Below are positions 31,819 through 31,873 of a stretch of DNA of 31,873 nt, piece after piece; the stretch's first letter is position 1; each line of letters opens with the position of its first letter. The position numbers and the translations under genes are program-made. Location: the IMG/VR virus record IMGVR_UViG_3300045988_079015, positions 1-31,873 of that record; one strand, given 5' to 3'. The notes beneath the pieces are model-generated. The model worked only from the letters and a program-made list of their open reading frames with translations. It made no database searches and was not told the DNA's origin. This DNA comes from a virus.

Positions 31819-31873
31819 TAGCCCTCTCACGGCTGAATCAGGGGTTCGACTCCCCTAGGCGATACCAATTATA
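31819..31873 (+). repeat. attR core, a 55-bp direct repeat identical to 1..55
   Basis: Exact match by direct comparison. The sequence upstream (31790-31818) contains no acceptor or D-arm sequence, so this copy is a 3' tRNA fragment only. Confidence 0.9.

Larger units (their letters stand above)
1..31873. mobile_element. Complete temperate siphovirus-type prophage bounded by attL/attR direct repeats
   Basis: Identical 55-bp repeats lie at both window ends. A tyrosine integrase and a divergent CI/Cro switch sit at the right end. A full packaging, head, tail and lysis module lies on the minus strand. Gene packing is dense, with many overlapping stop/start codons. Confidence 0.9.

Overview
The window is one complete temperate siphovirus-type prophage of about 31.8 kb from an AT-rich Firmicute. 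The host is probably a Clostridia-type organism, because the endolysin carries CWB2 wall-binding repeats. A perfect 55-bp direct repeat (1..55 = 31819..31873) bounds the element and corresponds to the 3' part of a tRNA-Glu(CUC) gene. Almost all genes are on the minus strand. Read in the direction of transcription, from high to low coordinates, the order is as follows. First comes a cro-like gene and an early operon: Xis-like protein, secreted SLT transglycosylase, NinG-like protein, SSB, a C5 cytosine methylase split in two, an MT-A70 adenine methylase, YopX, DUF4406-like and DUF5664-like proteins, a frameshifted N6/N4 methylase, and an HUH rolling-circle Rep-like protein. Next come a RinA/ArpU-like late activator, an HNH endonuclease and a probable cos region. 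The structural module follows: TerS, TerL, portal, ClpP-type protease, HK97-type capsid, head-tail connectors, major tail protein, a G/GT chaperone with a -1 frameshift, tape measure, Dit, Tal and a fibre protein. Then come XhlA, holin and a GH25-CWB2 endolysin, and finally a separately promoted cargo cassette next to attL. The plus-strand lysogeny module holds a CI-like repressor, a membrane-anchored DEDDh exonuclease and a tyrosine integrase. The most notable observations are: (1) a 9-mer, CTGAAGAGG, present 16 times on one strand only and independent of reading frame; (2) the autonomous cargo cassette at 245..1499; (3) the membrane-anchored exonuclease in the immunity region; (4) all three G/C homopolymers of 7 nt or longer lie in methyltransferase genes, and two of them break the reading frame; (5) a small HUH Rep with a candidate nick site is the only recognisable replication initiator. 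All calls come from reading the sequence and from remembered family signatures. No database search was run.
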